A stretch of 64,000 nucleotides of DNA, taken from assembly GCA_977017575.1 (NCBI GenBank), contig CDRNVI010000020.1, positions 496,001-560,000 on the forward strand. Direction: 5' to 3'. The stretch is from Paramoeba atlantica (Eukaryota > Protista > Discosea). The notes beneath the pieces were generated by a model. The model saw only the letters and a list, made by a program, of their open reading frames with translations, did no database searches and was not told the DNA's origin. Below are positions 31,184 to 41,917 of the stretch, piece after piece. A program made the translations under genes and the position numbers. Position 1 is the stretch's first letter; each line of letters begins with the position of its first letter.

Positions 31184-31457
31184 AGAGTCAGGAAACAAAA
31201 ACTTGTCGAAAGATTGGCTCAATTTTTATGAAAATGTTTTTGTTGATAGGGGGCCTTTGTTTTCTAACTGACAGTCATTATTTTATTGTCTTTACTTCTG
31301 GGCGACTACCTTGCTTCATGAAGTAATAACGGATGAAGCATTTCTTGTCCAGTTTTTCCCCTAGATTATATCGTATTTCGTTCAACGTTTTAACACGGAA
31401 CATGCTACATATTGCACACTATTACTATCGTTGAAGAATAAAAGGAACGCGTTTGCC

Positions 31458-33284
31458 ATGCTCTTGCGTATTTCGATTGTGCCCATCCGCCTGACTTTAG
31501 CTGGTCTTCTTCTTTTATGCTCCATTGGCTCTTGTCACGCTCGTTCCTACGTCCCATGTCCCACAGGATGCGACAATCCCAAGGCCTTGTTAGCTTTCTG
31601 TGAGCGTCATTTATTGGCTCCTGCATCTCATTTGCACCATCAGCTATCTCGAGGCACACTTTCGGTTCCTTCTGTACGTGGCGTGGCAGTATACTGCACT
31701 CCTGATTCCTTTCACTGTTTCTGCAATCTCTCGGATGATTTACTTTTAGCGATCGGCGCGACGTTAAACTCGACGAGTACAAGAGAGGCAAATGATTCCA
31801 ATTTCATTTATTCACACAATCAATCTTTTATTGTTTCCGAAAATAAAACAGTTTCTTCTTCCCTTTTTCGTCGCAAGAACGAATCTCAAGCGAGTACTGA
31901 AAATGAGACTTCTGCAGAACGTAATAACGTAGAAGACGATTCAAAAAATGCCACAACACCCGAATCATCGTATCCCTCACCTCACGCATTCCTTTCGATT
32001 AATCGCACACGTTTATTGGATTTTGGCGTTACGATTCATCGTGTAGAACTAAGCACGAGCCTTGGTCGTGCTCTGAAACGTGGCGAAAACAGTACCTCAA
32101 AAATACATGAGCCTTTGTATACAATCTTCAATCAGTCTCATCCCGGTGAGATACACCGCGCACCTTTTCCTGAGAGGAACCCTTCGGGTCGTTCCTCTCC
32201 ACAAGCCATGTGTTTGCTTCCTGAGCCCTCCAGTCGTTTCGGTTTCACAGAGCCCTACTGCACTTCTCGCACGTTACAATGTCCCGAAAACTGTGACATG
32301 GCAATGCAAGATTTCGCACTGGACTGTACGGACACTTTGACGTCCAAAGAAGGGGTCTCACGTGACCAGTGTTTTTCTGTTTTGCTTCACACTTCAAACA
32401 GCACTGCTCTACCCAACTTTTCAAACGAAACGGAACACAACATCTCATCCTCTTCCTCCTTTCACTTTTCATGCTCACGTTGTGATGGAACTATGATCGC
32501 CTATGACTGGGCAACAGGTTCGCCAAAACAGACGCCACTATGTGACATTTCTATCTCTCGTACGATTCGTTCTCAATGTCCCATTCAATGCCAAAGGTCG
32601 CCTCACGCATGTTGTCCCTCCTTTGATTCTTTCTTCACCCATCCATCGACGAAAACCACTACTCTTTTCTCTCCCGTATCTTCCCCATTTTCCTCCTCAC
32701 CGTTCTCAAACAACAACACGAAAATCGACAAAATCCCCAACAACCTCTCTCACCCTTTTTTCTCTCTTTCCACATCGCCCCAGAGCACATCCTCTCCTCT
32801 TCCCCCACTCTCCCACCCCTTCACGCCATCTTCTTTATCTTTTTCTTCTTTATCTTTTTCTTCTTTATCTTCCCCTTCCTCTGCTTTATCGAGTCCCAAC
32901 CACACAAACCCGTGTCCCTGTCACTTTCACCCTACGCTCGGGTACTGGAGAGGTCCGAACTGCTCCGAGTGTGCGCTGGGGTACAAAGGGGCGAACTGCA
33001 CCTCTCCCCCCTCCCGGGTGCGTACCACCGCTCGGCTGATTCTGCGCTCCCTGGCGACCATCACAATGGTCACCCCTTTGGTGGGGTGTCTGGTTGTGTT
33101 TGTTTTTATCTCCTCGCTGCGACGGAGGTGGACGTATGATCGTACCCCTCCCGAGTCCTCGGCCCCCACTTCCTTTCGGAATTATTTTATTGAAGGCACG
33201 TTTCGTGATAAAAGGATTCCCGAAAGGCCGGAGAAAAGTCGAGGGCTGGCGTATGAGCGGGATAGGGCTCGAAAGGAGGGGTAG
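31458..33284 (+). CDS. Type I membrane protein, Cys-rich ectodomain with a laminin-EGF-like module
   Basis: Signal peptide, many N-x-S/T sequons, CPCHFHPTLGYWRGPNCSECALGYKGANC, a TM helix and a short tail. Confidence 0.8.
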   Translation: MLLRISIVPIRLTLAGLLLLCSIGSCHARSYVPCPTGCDNPKALLAFCERHLLAPASHLHHQLSRGTLSVPSVRGVAVYCTPDSFHCFCNLSDDLLLAIGATLNSTSTREANDSNFIYSHNQSFIVSENKTVSSSLFRRKNESQASTENETSAERNNVEDDSKNATTPESSYPSPHAFLSINRTRLLDFGVTIHRVELSTSLGRALKRGENSTSKIHEPLYTIFNQSHPGEIHRAPFPERNPSGRSSPQAMCLLPEPSSRFGFTEPYCTSRTLQCPENCDMAMQDFALDCTDTLTSKEGVSRDQCFSVLLHTSNSTALPNFSNETEHNISSSSSFHFSCSRCDGTMIAYDWATGSPKQTPLCDISISRTIRSQCPIQCQRSPHACCPSFDSFFTHPSTKTTTLFSPVSSPFSSSPFSNNNTKIDKIPNNLSHPFFSLSTSPQSTSSPLPPLSHPFTPSSLSFSSLSFSSLSSPSSALSSPNHTNPCPCHFHPTLGYWRGPNCSECALGYKGANCTSPPSRVRTTARLILRSLATITMVTPLVGCLVVFVFISSLRRRWTYDRTPPESSAPTSFRNYFIEGTFRDKRIPERPEKSRGLAYERDRARKEG

Positions 33285-33425
33285 GAAAGAGGGTGGGTAA
33301 AAAGAGGTCAAGACGAAAAATGGGGCTTGAAATGCTGCTGCAGGTTTTGGCTTTGGTACTAAGTGATTGTATTCATTTAAAATCTAAATCTCTGTTATCC
33401 ATACAAAGAAAAAATCTCTCATGTA

Positions 33426-33767
33426 CAGTGCGGAACGTTATTACGAGACACCTTAATTAAGGGACACCCCCTTTTTGGTCAAAAGTGTCCCGTAATTAAG
33501 TGTCCCTTAGCTTTGTCCTGTGAGATGATCTGTGAAATGTAGTGAGTGATTGTACTGCAGGTTCTGTTATCATATTTTTTGTTATTTTTATACACCGTTT
33601 ATTTGGGCATGTAAAACTTTTTTGCTGAAAATACGGCGGCCTAGTCCGATCCAACACACTTGCCCCAGGCAGTGGAAGCGAAACCCACATCCAAGTGCCC
33701 CTTAATTAAGTGTCCCGTAATTGAGTTGTCCAGTAATTAATGTATCCCGTAATAAAATCCCGCACTG
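33426..33767. mobile_element. 342-bp MITE (CAGTGCGG ends, TA TSD) with TAATTAAGTGTCCC internal repeats
   Basis: TA-CAGTGCGG ... CCGCACTG-TA. Confidence 0.8.
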
Positions 33768-33769
33768 TA

Positions 33770-34267
33770 CAGAGTGGTGCACGAAAATATGGGGGTCAAA
33801 ATTCTTATAACTCGGCCAATTTTGGAAAATAATAGCGCATTCGAGATCTCTCACAGAGTTAGGTGTCATGTGATATTACGTTTTACGTATTTTCCAGGTG
33901 TACGCATTTTCCTGAATACCGTAAAAAGGGCAACTGCAAGTTTTTTTTTCTGGTAAAAAAAGTTAGTGTCCACAATTTCCACCTTTTTTCTCCAACGCAA
34001 TTTTCACGCGCGTTGGAACACTCTTTAAAGTCCTCAAAAATACATCGTATTGTTCCCCTTTTAATTTTTCGACCCATTGTACAATTATCCATAGCAACAA
34101 CTGCCCCCCGATGTCTTTTAAAAAAATTAAAAATGCGGGAGACGCATTATCACGTGACACGTAACTATGTGAGAGCTCTCGAATGCGCTATTATTTTCCA
34201 AAATTGACCGAGTTACATAATGTGTATAATAATTTTGCCCCCCCCCATGTTTTCGTTCACCCCCCTG
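33770..34267. mobile_element. 498-bp MITE with ~105-bp TIRs related to the Tc1 element at 58560
   Basis: Shares TTTTGGAAARTAATAGCGCATTCGAGA with 58615-58645; TA on both sides. Confidence 0.85.
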
Positions 34268-34575
34268 TATTTAGTAGCTTCAAGATACACTGCCGCCAAA
34301 ATTTAATGTTTTTTTAATTAGTGTTGGACCCATGCAAATATTAATTAAAAAAACATTAATTTTTGTCCCACTAATATTTGTATGGCGAAACAAAAAATGC
34401 CAGAGAGCTAGAAAAATTTCGAGAGGAGAAAAAGCATTACAGTATGTCCATAACACGGCGTAAAAAAACCCAAAATAACTAATGAAAGCTCTCTGGAAAT
34501 TCAAAAGTTTACCAATAAAGAAGTAATCATTGCTCATCATTTCTTTCATGACTATATTGAGCGAATCCAGTTTGA

Positions 34576-36075
34576 TCAATTGCGCGGCCCTATTCCATAG
34601 GATGCCAATGGGGCAATGTGCAATTCTTTGGCGTAATTATATTGCTCTCTACGCTTACGTGTCATTCCGCGTAGGCGGTGGCGCAGATTGGCAATATCTT
34701 TGGCTTCGCGTCGCTGCATTTCGAGGTCCCCACTCGATAGTATTTTCCGAGGGCGTCCGCGTTTTCTTCTTTCACTAGGTAAATTGGAGGTAGCTATCTC
34801 GTCGTTTGGTATAGGCAATGGAGTTTGCTCTTGATCATCCGCGTCAACGAATATGTTGTCCCCTGATGATCCTAAGTGAGTTTGTAAGTTTTTATACGCA
34901 TCAAGGCGAGAAGAGCGCGTTTTTACTTCACCAAACAAAACCTTGGGTATCTTTCTGTAACTTCCCAAGAGGCAAGAATTTGCGCAGGAGAAATTTCATT
35001 CATTGCTTGGATGATATAGGAAACCTTTTTTTCGCGACAGAGAGTGCGGGATGTGCTTACCATATTAGATACTGCCGTGCTGTTCTCAGAGCGCGAAAAA
35101 ATACGGGCTATATCACTGTTATAAAGTTGCACAGCACGCTCTTTTAACCCAGAAATAATGAACTGATCCGCTGGCCGAAATACGTGAGTCATATTTTTCG
35201 GGACGCAAACTACTCCACAAGACGCATCCTGAAGGATAGAATCTGTACTACCATGCTGGGTCGCTTCATCAATGATCAGAAGAGCCCGAGCTTCCGGTTT
35301 CTTTTGCGCTTCACGCTCCAAAGAAAGTATTTCTTTAAAACGCGCTAAAAAAGTCGACCAAGTTGAAGAATCTTGGAAATGAGATTCTTTTCTGGCACAT
35401 TGAAGAACGCGTGGGTCATTGCCTGTGTTTACAAATACACGACTTGTTCCTTGGTAAATGAATTGCAACATCTTAACATTTCCTGCCGCAGATGACAAAA
35501 CATTGCAAGTGAATCCCTGTTTTTCTTTACGAACAGATATTGTACGCGATTCTCCGCGATCAATGCGCTCCCATGTCCAAGTAGCGTTCGATCTGCCTAA
35601 TCCAAAAAAAAAATCCAAATCACTCCGGATTGCTCCGGATGGTCACTGGCAAGCCAGACCCTCCACAGACAGATTTGGAGGTTCCGAGGCCGACGTCCTC
35701 TACCAGTTTCCGCTTGTCCAAGGCGGCACCAAAGTGCTGTTGCCAACACGCTGCGTCGACGAATTGTACGTCAACACGGCTCACCCAAGAGGTGTAAGCC
35801 GGGTAAGGGAGCTGGTTCCCTGAGGGGAGTGTCCGGGACGGTCCTCCGAGTACTGGGCCTAGTCGGTTATCAGCCCAGCCTCTCAGAGTGAGGCCGCCGG
35901 GAATATTGCGATGAGCGGGTTTGAACTCGCCATCTGAGCACCACGTGCTTCAAAATCTGCCTAATCCCAAACACACAAAAAATTCGTCAGAATTGAATAC
36001 AAACTCTTTATCGCATATACCTTTGAAGACCTCAAGTTGCGAGAAAAATTTCTTAGATGATTCGATTACTATGCT
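34576..36075 (-). pseudogene. pogo/Tigger-type (DDE_1) transposase, interrupted and frameshifted
   Basis: FVFNSDEF (~35975-36000), LLIIDEATQH and VPKNMTHVFRPADQFII; C-terminal RKRGRPRK AT-hook in another frame. Candidate element end TA-CACTGCCGCCAAAA at 34288. Confidence 0.85.
35604..35954. mobile_element. 351-bp SINE-like insertion with 13-bp TSD
   Basis: ATCTGCCTAATCC at 35591-35603 and 35955-35967; A10 at the left end; removing the insert restores the pogo reading frame. Confidence 0.85.
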
Positions 36076-36079
36076 TTTT

Positions 36080-36166
36080 CATCCGTTTTTGCTCATTTTT
36101 GTTGCAAACGAGAGATCTCGTTCCCTTAACGAAGCAATTTGCAACAAAATTGAGCAAAAACGGATG
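36080..36166. repeat. 87-bp foldback unit with ~29-bp arms
   Basis: CATCCGTTTTTGCTCATTTTTGTTGCAAA / TTTGCAACAAAATTGAGCAAAAACGGATG. Confidence 0.85.
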
Positions 36167-36289
36167 CAAAAATCGAATTTTCACAAGGCGGATTTATTGA
36201 AATCACTACATTTTTCTATCTTTCGTAACATCTTGTTATTTTTTCTTTGTAGTACACTTTTGACACCACAGACAATACCGATACGTTAA

Positions 36290-38140
36290 ATGCTTGGTCA
36301 CACGTCCGGACGTCACTTTCGCTCTACTGGACTAAAATTGTTCTACCCACTAGTCTTCTTTCCTCGTTCTCGAAAACAAAACTCTTTTGTGTCCTCTCTT
36401 CACAGACTCTCTAACATCTCTTGTGCACCTTTCTTGTCTTCTCGTCTGTATTGTGTCAGAAACCCTTCTCCTGGTAACATCCATTCATTGAACCCCTCCT
36501 TCTCTGTACTTTCACCGTCTTCGAGCCACTCGTCAAACAAATCTACCACCTCATTACAGGGCTTTAGCCCGTCCGCTAGCTCGAATCATTGGTCTACTCA
36601 AGCGGTGAACAGCACAACACATGGGTCGAAATATAATCCAACGGATACGATAAAAAATAATCCAGCCAACGCATCTATCAAATTACCAAATCACTCTTTG
36701 GAAAATACCACAACCGATGCATCAAAAAATACCACAACCGATGCATCAAAGAATACCACAAACAATGCATCAAAGAATACCACAAACAATGCATCAAAGA
36801 ATACCACAAACAATGCATCAAAAAATACCACAACCGATGCATCAAAGAATACCACAACCAATGCATCAAAGAATACCACAAACAATGCATCAAAAAATAC
36901 CACAACCGATGCATCAAAGAATACCACAACCAATGCATCAAAGAATACCACAACCGATGCATCAAAGAATACCACAAACAATGCATCAAAAAATACAACA
37001 ACCAATGCATCAAAAAATACCACAACCGATGCATCAAAGAATACCACAAACAATGCAAAAATTACCACAACCAATGCATCAAAAAATACCACAAACGATG
37101 CATCCAAAAACACCACAACCAGCGCATTTAACCACATTTCTACAAACCACAACAACAACGCCCCCACCCCTCCCACCCCCTGTCCCCTCGAGCCCCTCCC
37201 CTCCCCCACCTCCCCTCCCCCCTCCCCCCTCACCCACGCCCTCACCCTCGGCAAGTCCCGTCTCACCCTCTTCGTCGCCCTCACCGCACTCGTAGGCTCC
37301 GTCCTCTCCCTCCCCCCCGGCCCCCCTTTACTTTATTTATTTATCGGAACCACTTTAATGTCGCTGAGTGCCAACAGCGCGAACCAAATCATCGAGGTCG
37401 AGTGCGACCGAAGGATGAAGAGGACGAGACAGCGCCCCCTGGTCACGGGGGGGTTGAGGAGGGGACACGCGAAACTGATGTGTGCGCTCGAGGGGGTGGT
37501 GGGCGCGGGGGTGCTGGCCGGGGGGTACGCCCCGCTGTGTGCGCTGCTGGGGGTAGTGAACTGGGGGATCTACGTAGGGGTGTATACCCCGTTAAAACGC
37601 ATCTCGGTGAGGAATACGGAGGTGGGAGCGGTGGTGGGGGCGATTCCGCCGGTGATGGGGGGAGCGGTTTTTCCGTTAGGGGGGGTGGAGAGTGTGGCGT
37701 GGATGGTGGAGGCCTTGGCGCCGTCGTTGTGGCTTGCGGCGGTTTTGTATGCGTGGCAGATTCCGCATTTTATGGCGCTTTCGTACTTTTGTAGGCGGGA
37801 TTACGCCAATGCGGGGTTTCGGATGCGGGCGTCGGAGGATGTGAAGGGGGCCTCGATCCGCGCGTTTGTGTTCTCTGTGATTCTGCAAACACTGGTGATT
37901 TTAGGACCCATGGCACTGCGGCTTCAGTTTCCACTGGTTTACTATCTTTTCTCGTTGGTGTTGAATTTGATGTTCATGTGGAAAACAGCGCAGTACCACA
38001 TCAGTCCGGATCGGTTTGCACGGGACTGTTTTGTGTTCTCGTATTTGTATTTGGCTCTTCAATTGGGGCTGATCCTTGGGGGCATGTATTGGCACAGGCG
38101 GTGTTTGGCAATTGAAGAGTCAAAGCAAAAGGAACAATGA
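36290..38140 (+). CDS. COX10: Protoheme IX farnesyltransferase (heme O synthase)
   Basis: UbiA motifs SANSANQIIEVECDRRMKRTRQRPL, YTPLKR, NTEVGAVVGAIPP, WQIPHFMAL and DYANAGF. Confidence 0.93.
   Translation: MLGHTSGRHFRSTGLKLFYPLVFFPRSRKQNSFVSSLHRLSNISCAPFLSSRLYCVRNPSPGNIHSLNPSFSVLSPSSSHSSNKSTTSLQGFSPSASSNHWSTQAVNSTTHGSKYNPTDTIKNNPANASIKLPNHSLENTTTDASKNTTTDASKNTTNNASKNTTNNASKNTTNNASKNTTTDASKNTTTNASKNTTNNASKNTTTDASKNTTTNASKNTTTDASKNTTNNASKNTTTNASKNTTTDASKNTTNNAKITTTNASKNTTNDASKNTTTSAFNHISTNHNNNAPTPPTPCPLEPLPSPTSPPPSPLTHALTLGKSRLTLFVALTALVGSVLSLPPGPPLLYLFIGTTLMSLSANSANQIIEVECDRRMKRTRQRPLVTGGLRRGHAKLMCALEGVVGAGVLAGGYAPLCALLGVVNWGIYVGVYTPLKRISVRNTEVGAVVGAIPPVMGGAVFPLGGVESVAWMVEALAPSLWLAAVLYAWQIPHFMALSYFCRRDYANAGFRMRASEDVKGASIRAFVFSVILQTLVILGPMALRLQFPLVYYLFSLVLNLMFMWKTAQYHISPDRFARDCFVFSYLYLALQLGLILGGMYWHRRCLAIEESKQKEQ
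36704..37135 (+). repeat. 24-bp coding minisatellite (NTT[T/N][D/N]ASK) x~18 in COX10
   Basis: Read directly in the DNA and the translation. Confidence 0.95.
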
Positions 38141-38402
38141 AACAGTGCGTAAACATTTTTTGTGTATATTATTATTGTAACAAATGCTGTCAACGTAAAC
38201 TAAAATGTGATCCCTATTTTTTGAGCCTCTTTATTATTAAATTAGACTCTGTATTTTTCTTGGGAAAAATTTTGTTAGGGTTGCATCTATTCTTGGCTCA
38301 CAACCCTTTTTGTGAGCGTTGATTCATTTTTTTCTTTTTTGCGTCCCACTTTTTCGAAAACCACACTTTTTTTATCAAATCAGGCGATTCATCTTTTTTC
38401 TA

Positions 38403-39002
38403 ATGCCTCTTCTCTTTCTGTGTCCTCTTTCTACCGCCGATTCAAAACCTCGCTCATACCCGAACAAAGTTCGCGGCACTTCGGTCCCCGCAGAATTTGA
38501 CCTCCATCGATTTCTGCAAAACGTAGAGAAGTTGGATCCCACATGGGATAGCCGATACAAGGCATGCGTGTGGAAGGGGGTGGAATGTAACGTTTCCTCC
38601 CAGGAAGTCATCGCAATTAATTTTGGGAATTATAAGCTTAAGGGAACCCTGCAATGGGCGTATGTCCCCTCTTCTGTTCATTTGTTAACACTATGGTCTA
38701 ACTATCTATGCGGGACAGTATCTTTTTCTGATCTTCCCTCCAATCTAAAAGCCCTTCGACTGTCCAATAATTTTTTTGAGGGATCGATAAATGTCGAGCA
38801 GCTACCACCTTCTCTGTATCTCTTGAACCTTACGAACAATCTTTTTTCTGGCGTTTTTCATTTTAAGCTTCTGTCTCCCCAGTTAAAACATCTGCATCTC
38901 GATGACAATGAAGAGCTAACAGGTCAAGTGTCTGTCTCGCAGCTTTCACCGCTTCTGAAGTTCCGAAGTTGGCGGAACACAAAAATTGAAAATATTGCAT
39001 AA
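38403..39002 (+). CDS. Short secreted LRR protein
   Basis: WDSRYKACVWKGVECN cap and ~5 LRRs. Confidence 0.85.
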   Translation: MPLLFLCPLSTADSKPRSYPNKVRGTSVPAEFDLHRFLQNVEKLDPTWDSRYKACVWKGVECNVSSQEVIAINFGNYKLKGTLQWAYVPSSVHLLTLWSNYLCGTVSFSDLPSNLKALRLSNNFFEGSINVEQLPPSLYLLNLTNNLFSGVFHFKLLSPQLKHLHLDDNEELTGQVSVSQLSPLLKFRSWRNTKIENIA

Positions 39003-39227
39003 CAGTGCATAACGGTATTGTGTAAAAGAATGTGTAAACCCCCTGTACAGTTATTATTCCACTTTTTTATTATTCCAATTTCCACTTATTATTCCAACTT
39101 CCATTTATTATTCCACTTTTTTGCACCCAAGACAAATGTTATTTTCGCTAAAATTCATGGCACAAAAATTATTACGCATTTATTAACCCGGGGAACGGTA
39201 TATTATTTAATAACGCTATAATATTTA

Positions 39228-39345
39228 ATTGACACTATATTATTTAAATAACACTATATTATTTAAATTAACACTATATTATTTAAATAACACTATATTA
39301 TTTAAATAACACTATATTATTTAAATAACACTATATTATTTAAAT
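39228..39345 (+). repeat. 19-bp AT-rich tandem repeat AACACTATATTATTTAAAT x~6
   Basis: Read directly; more partial units at ~39570-39645. Confidence 0.9.
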
Positions 39346-39925
39346 CGTAAAATTCAGCTCATTTTCCCACTATGGCGGGCCTACTTGTTGAGGAATTCCT
39401 TTGGAAATACCTAGAATTCTTTGGTAATAGCTAGAATTGTAGGCTAAAATCATTTTTACAACTTTATAAGTGCTCTATACCAACTTAGAAGCCCCTTAAA
39501 CTACCGTACGTACTTCTAAAGACCACGTTTTTACTTGCGTTTTTCCCCTATTTAAATATTATAGCGTTAACGCTATATTATTTAAATAAAACTTTAACAC
39601 TATACTATTTAAATAACACTACATTTAAATAATGATTTAAATAATATACCGTTCACCTGGTTATGCACAGAATGTTCGCCATGTAAGTAAAAGTCATAGG
39701 CACTGTACATATGGTCCAACCTGTATACTTACCGCATACATGGCTTGCCTGTAAAAAAACGTTTCTATCCGTTTATTTGCGTTGCAAATTTTGGTCTTCT
39801 GTGGGAATGTACGTTTTTATCTTTATCAGGAAGCCCAGCTTTCGACTTTCGCTTCAAAATAACGCGCTATTTTTTCAGCTCTTTTCTCACAATTTATTAA
39901 CTTTCTTTGTATCCCCCTTTTCCTC

Positions 39926-41537
39926 ATGACCACCCTTGACAACGAAACCAAAATCGAACTCAAACGTGCGGGAACCTACTTTGTCAACAAAGCCCACGTT
40001 CTCGCCACCCGACTCACCCGCGACCTCATCGAGCGCGCCATCTGGAAAACCACCAGCAGTAAAATCAAAACCCCCCAACGAGAAACACCTCAAACGACTC
40101 ATCGCAGCCTCCCATGGAAAACTCGAAGGTCAATCCCCGTCAAAATCCTCCCGCTCACCCTCCACCTCTCTCTACCCCGCAGCCTACCCTACCCGTACCT
40201 CCCCTCCCCGTGCCGCAACCACAACCACCACCCCGAGTACCTCCCCCCCCACCCCCCCCGGCACCCCTCCCCCCCCCCTCCCCCCCGCGACCCTCCACCA
40301 CATCATCACCGGCCTCGAGTCCCGTCTCCACACCCACCAGTGGAGCGTCACACTCAAAACCCTTCTCGTCCTCCACCGCCTCCTCAAGGAGGGCAGCGAC
40401 CCCCTCCACGACGCCCTCCTCCACACCCCCCAGCTGTTTAACGCGACCAAAGCCAAGGACGTCTCCGACACCGGCTACGGCCGTCGCATGGAGCGTCTCG
40501 TGAAACACTACTTCCGCTACCTCGAGGAGCGCACCGCGGTGAGCCGGGAGGCGCTGCGGGCGTGTGCCATCCCGCGACCCGCGGGGGCCCCCCGGGTGAG
40601 TGCGGTGGTGTTCTCCCACACCTACCGCCGCCTCGAGCGCCCGCACTACGGGGAGATGCTCGCGATGCTGGAGGCCCCGGAGCTGGTGGAGCTCACGCGG
40701 AGGTTTCTCGGACAGCTGGAGGTGATGGTGGGGATGGAGGTGGATGTGACGGTGTTGGATAACGCGGTGAGTGTGCTGGTGTGGCGGTATGTGGTGCAGG
40801 ATGCGCGTCAGGTGACGGGGCTGGTCTCGGATCGGTTGCTGTTTCTGATTCAAACGGTGTTTGGTGTCGCGGAGGGGAAAAGGGAAGGGGGTGAGGGGGA
40901 GAGTCCGGAGGTGTTGGGGGATCGAAAAAGAAAGGTGTATGAGCTCGCGTGTCAGTATAATGTGTGTGTGGAGGGGTTGAATAAAACGTTTCGCACGCTG
41001 AAAGGGATTGCGCCGTGTTTTCATGCTTTGCCGACGTTGCGGGTTTTGCCGACAGAGAGTATACAGTCTGCGCTTCAGTCATCAACGAGTGCGCCCTCGA
41101 ACGAAACAGATTCTAGAAAAAGTGCTCAAGCCATACATGATCTTTTTTCTGAAATCTCGAACTCGTACCACGAAGAGGTTATTTCGACCACCGGTGTGGA
41201 TAAGAAACCTACTTCGGATTTATTTTCGGAAAAAAGCACTGAGAGATCCAAGTCTACTTCTCGTGGTTTAGAAAATACTGTGGATGCACTCAGTTCATTA
41301 TTACAGGAGAGTTCAGTTACCGGTGCTCGTCCGCCCTCCCCACCTGATATGCTTGATATGGGTCGCACCAAAACGAGTCAGGAGATCAAATATCCGATGA
41401 AAACGGCACTCCAAAAACAAAACGAAGGACTTGAGAAAGAGCGCGGTATAGGAATGACGTCGTCCATAACACCAATTTCTCGTAAAGTAAAAAATGTTCC
41501 GGCGAGTGCCACCAATTTAGATGATTTGTTTGGATAA
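39926..41537 (+). CDS. ANTH/ENTH-domain (AP180/CALM-like) protein with an apparent +1 frameshift near 40075
   Basis: IERAIWKTTS in one frame; EKHLKRLI, WSVTLKTLLVLHRLLKEG and YFRYLEER in the next. Confidence 0.8.
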
Positions 41538-41917
41538 TTAAATTTTCACATACATGTATAAAACGTGGGATTCTTGTATTATTGTAGAATTGGTAGTTAC
41601 TATATCATGCTCAGTATGATATGAATTCGCAAAGGGGTCGCAAAAATTTTCGCAAAGCCAACAGGTATACTTCATGCGCGAGGAGTTTCAGGTCATTAGT
41701 TTGGTCAAATCGCCGTTCAAAACTCTCTTTTTTTAATTTGGTCATCAAAGCTTCTAAACGAAAAAAATATAGCAGCATTCCTTAGAAGAAAACTTTGACG
41801 TTGTTTACCCATCTCAAATTCTTTTCCTAAGCTAAATTCTCATTTTATTACCCTCTTTTCTTGCTCAATGGTTACACTGTTATTTATAGAAAATCTTCAC
41901 TTTCGTCACGTTTCTTT

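Noticed and set aside
36678-37295. Long antisense and alternate-frame ORFs (MHCLWY.., FDALVVVF.., MHQRIPQ..)
   Set aside because: Artefacts of a stop-free 24-bp minisatellite within COX10.
39186-39660. MITE bounded by CCGTTC ends
   Set aside because: The two ends face outward around the 19-bp satellite and I could not pair them into one element.
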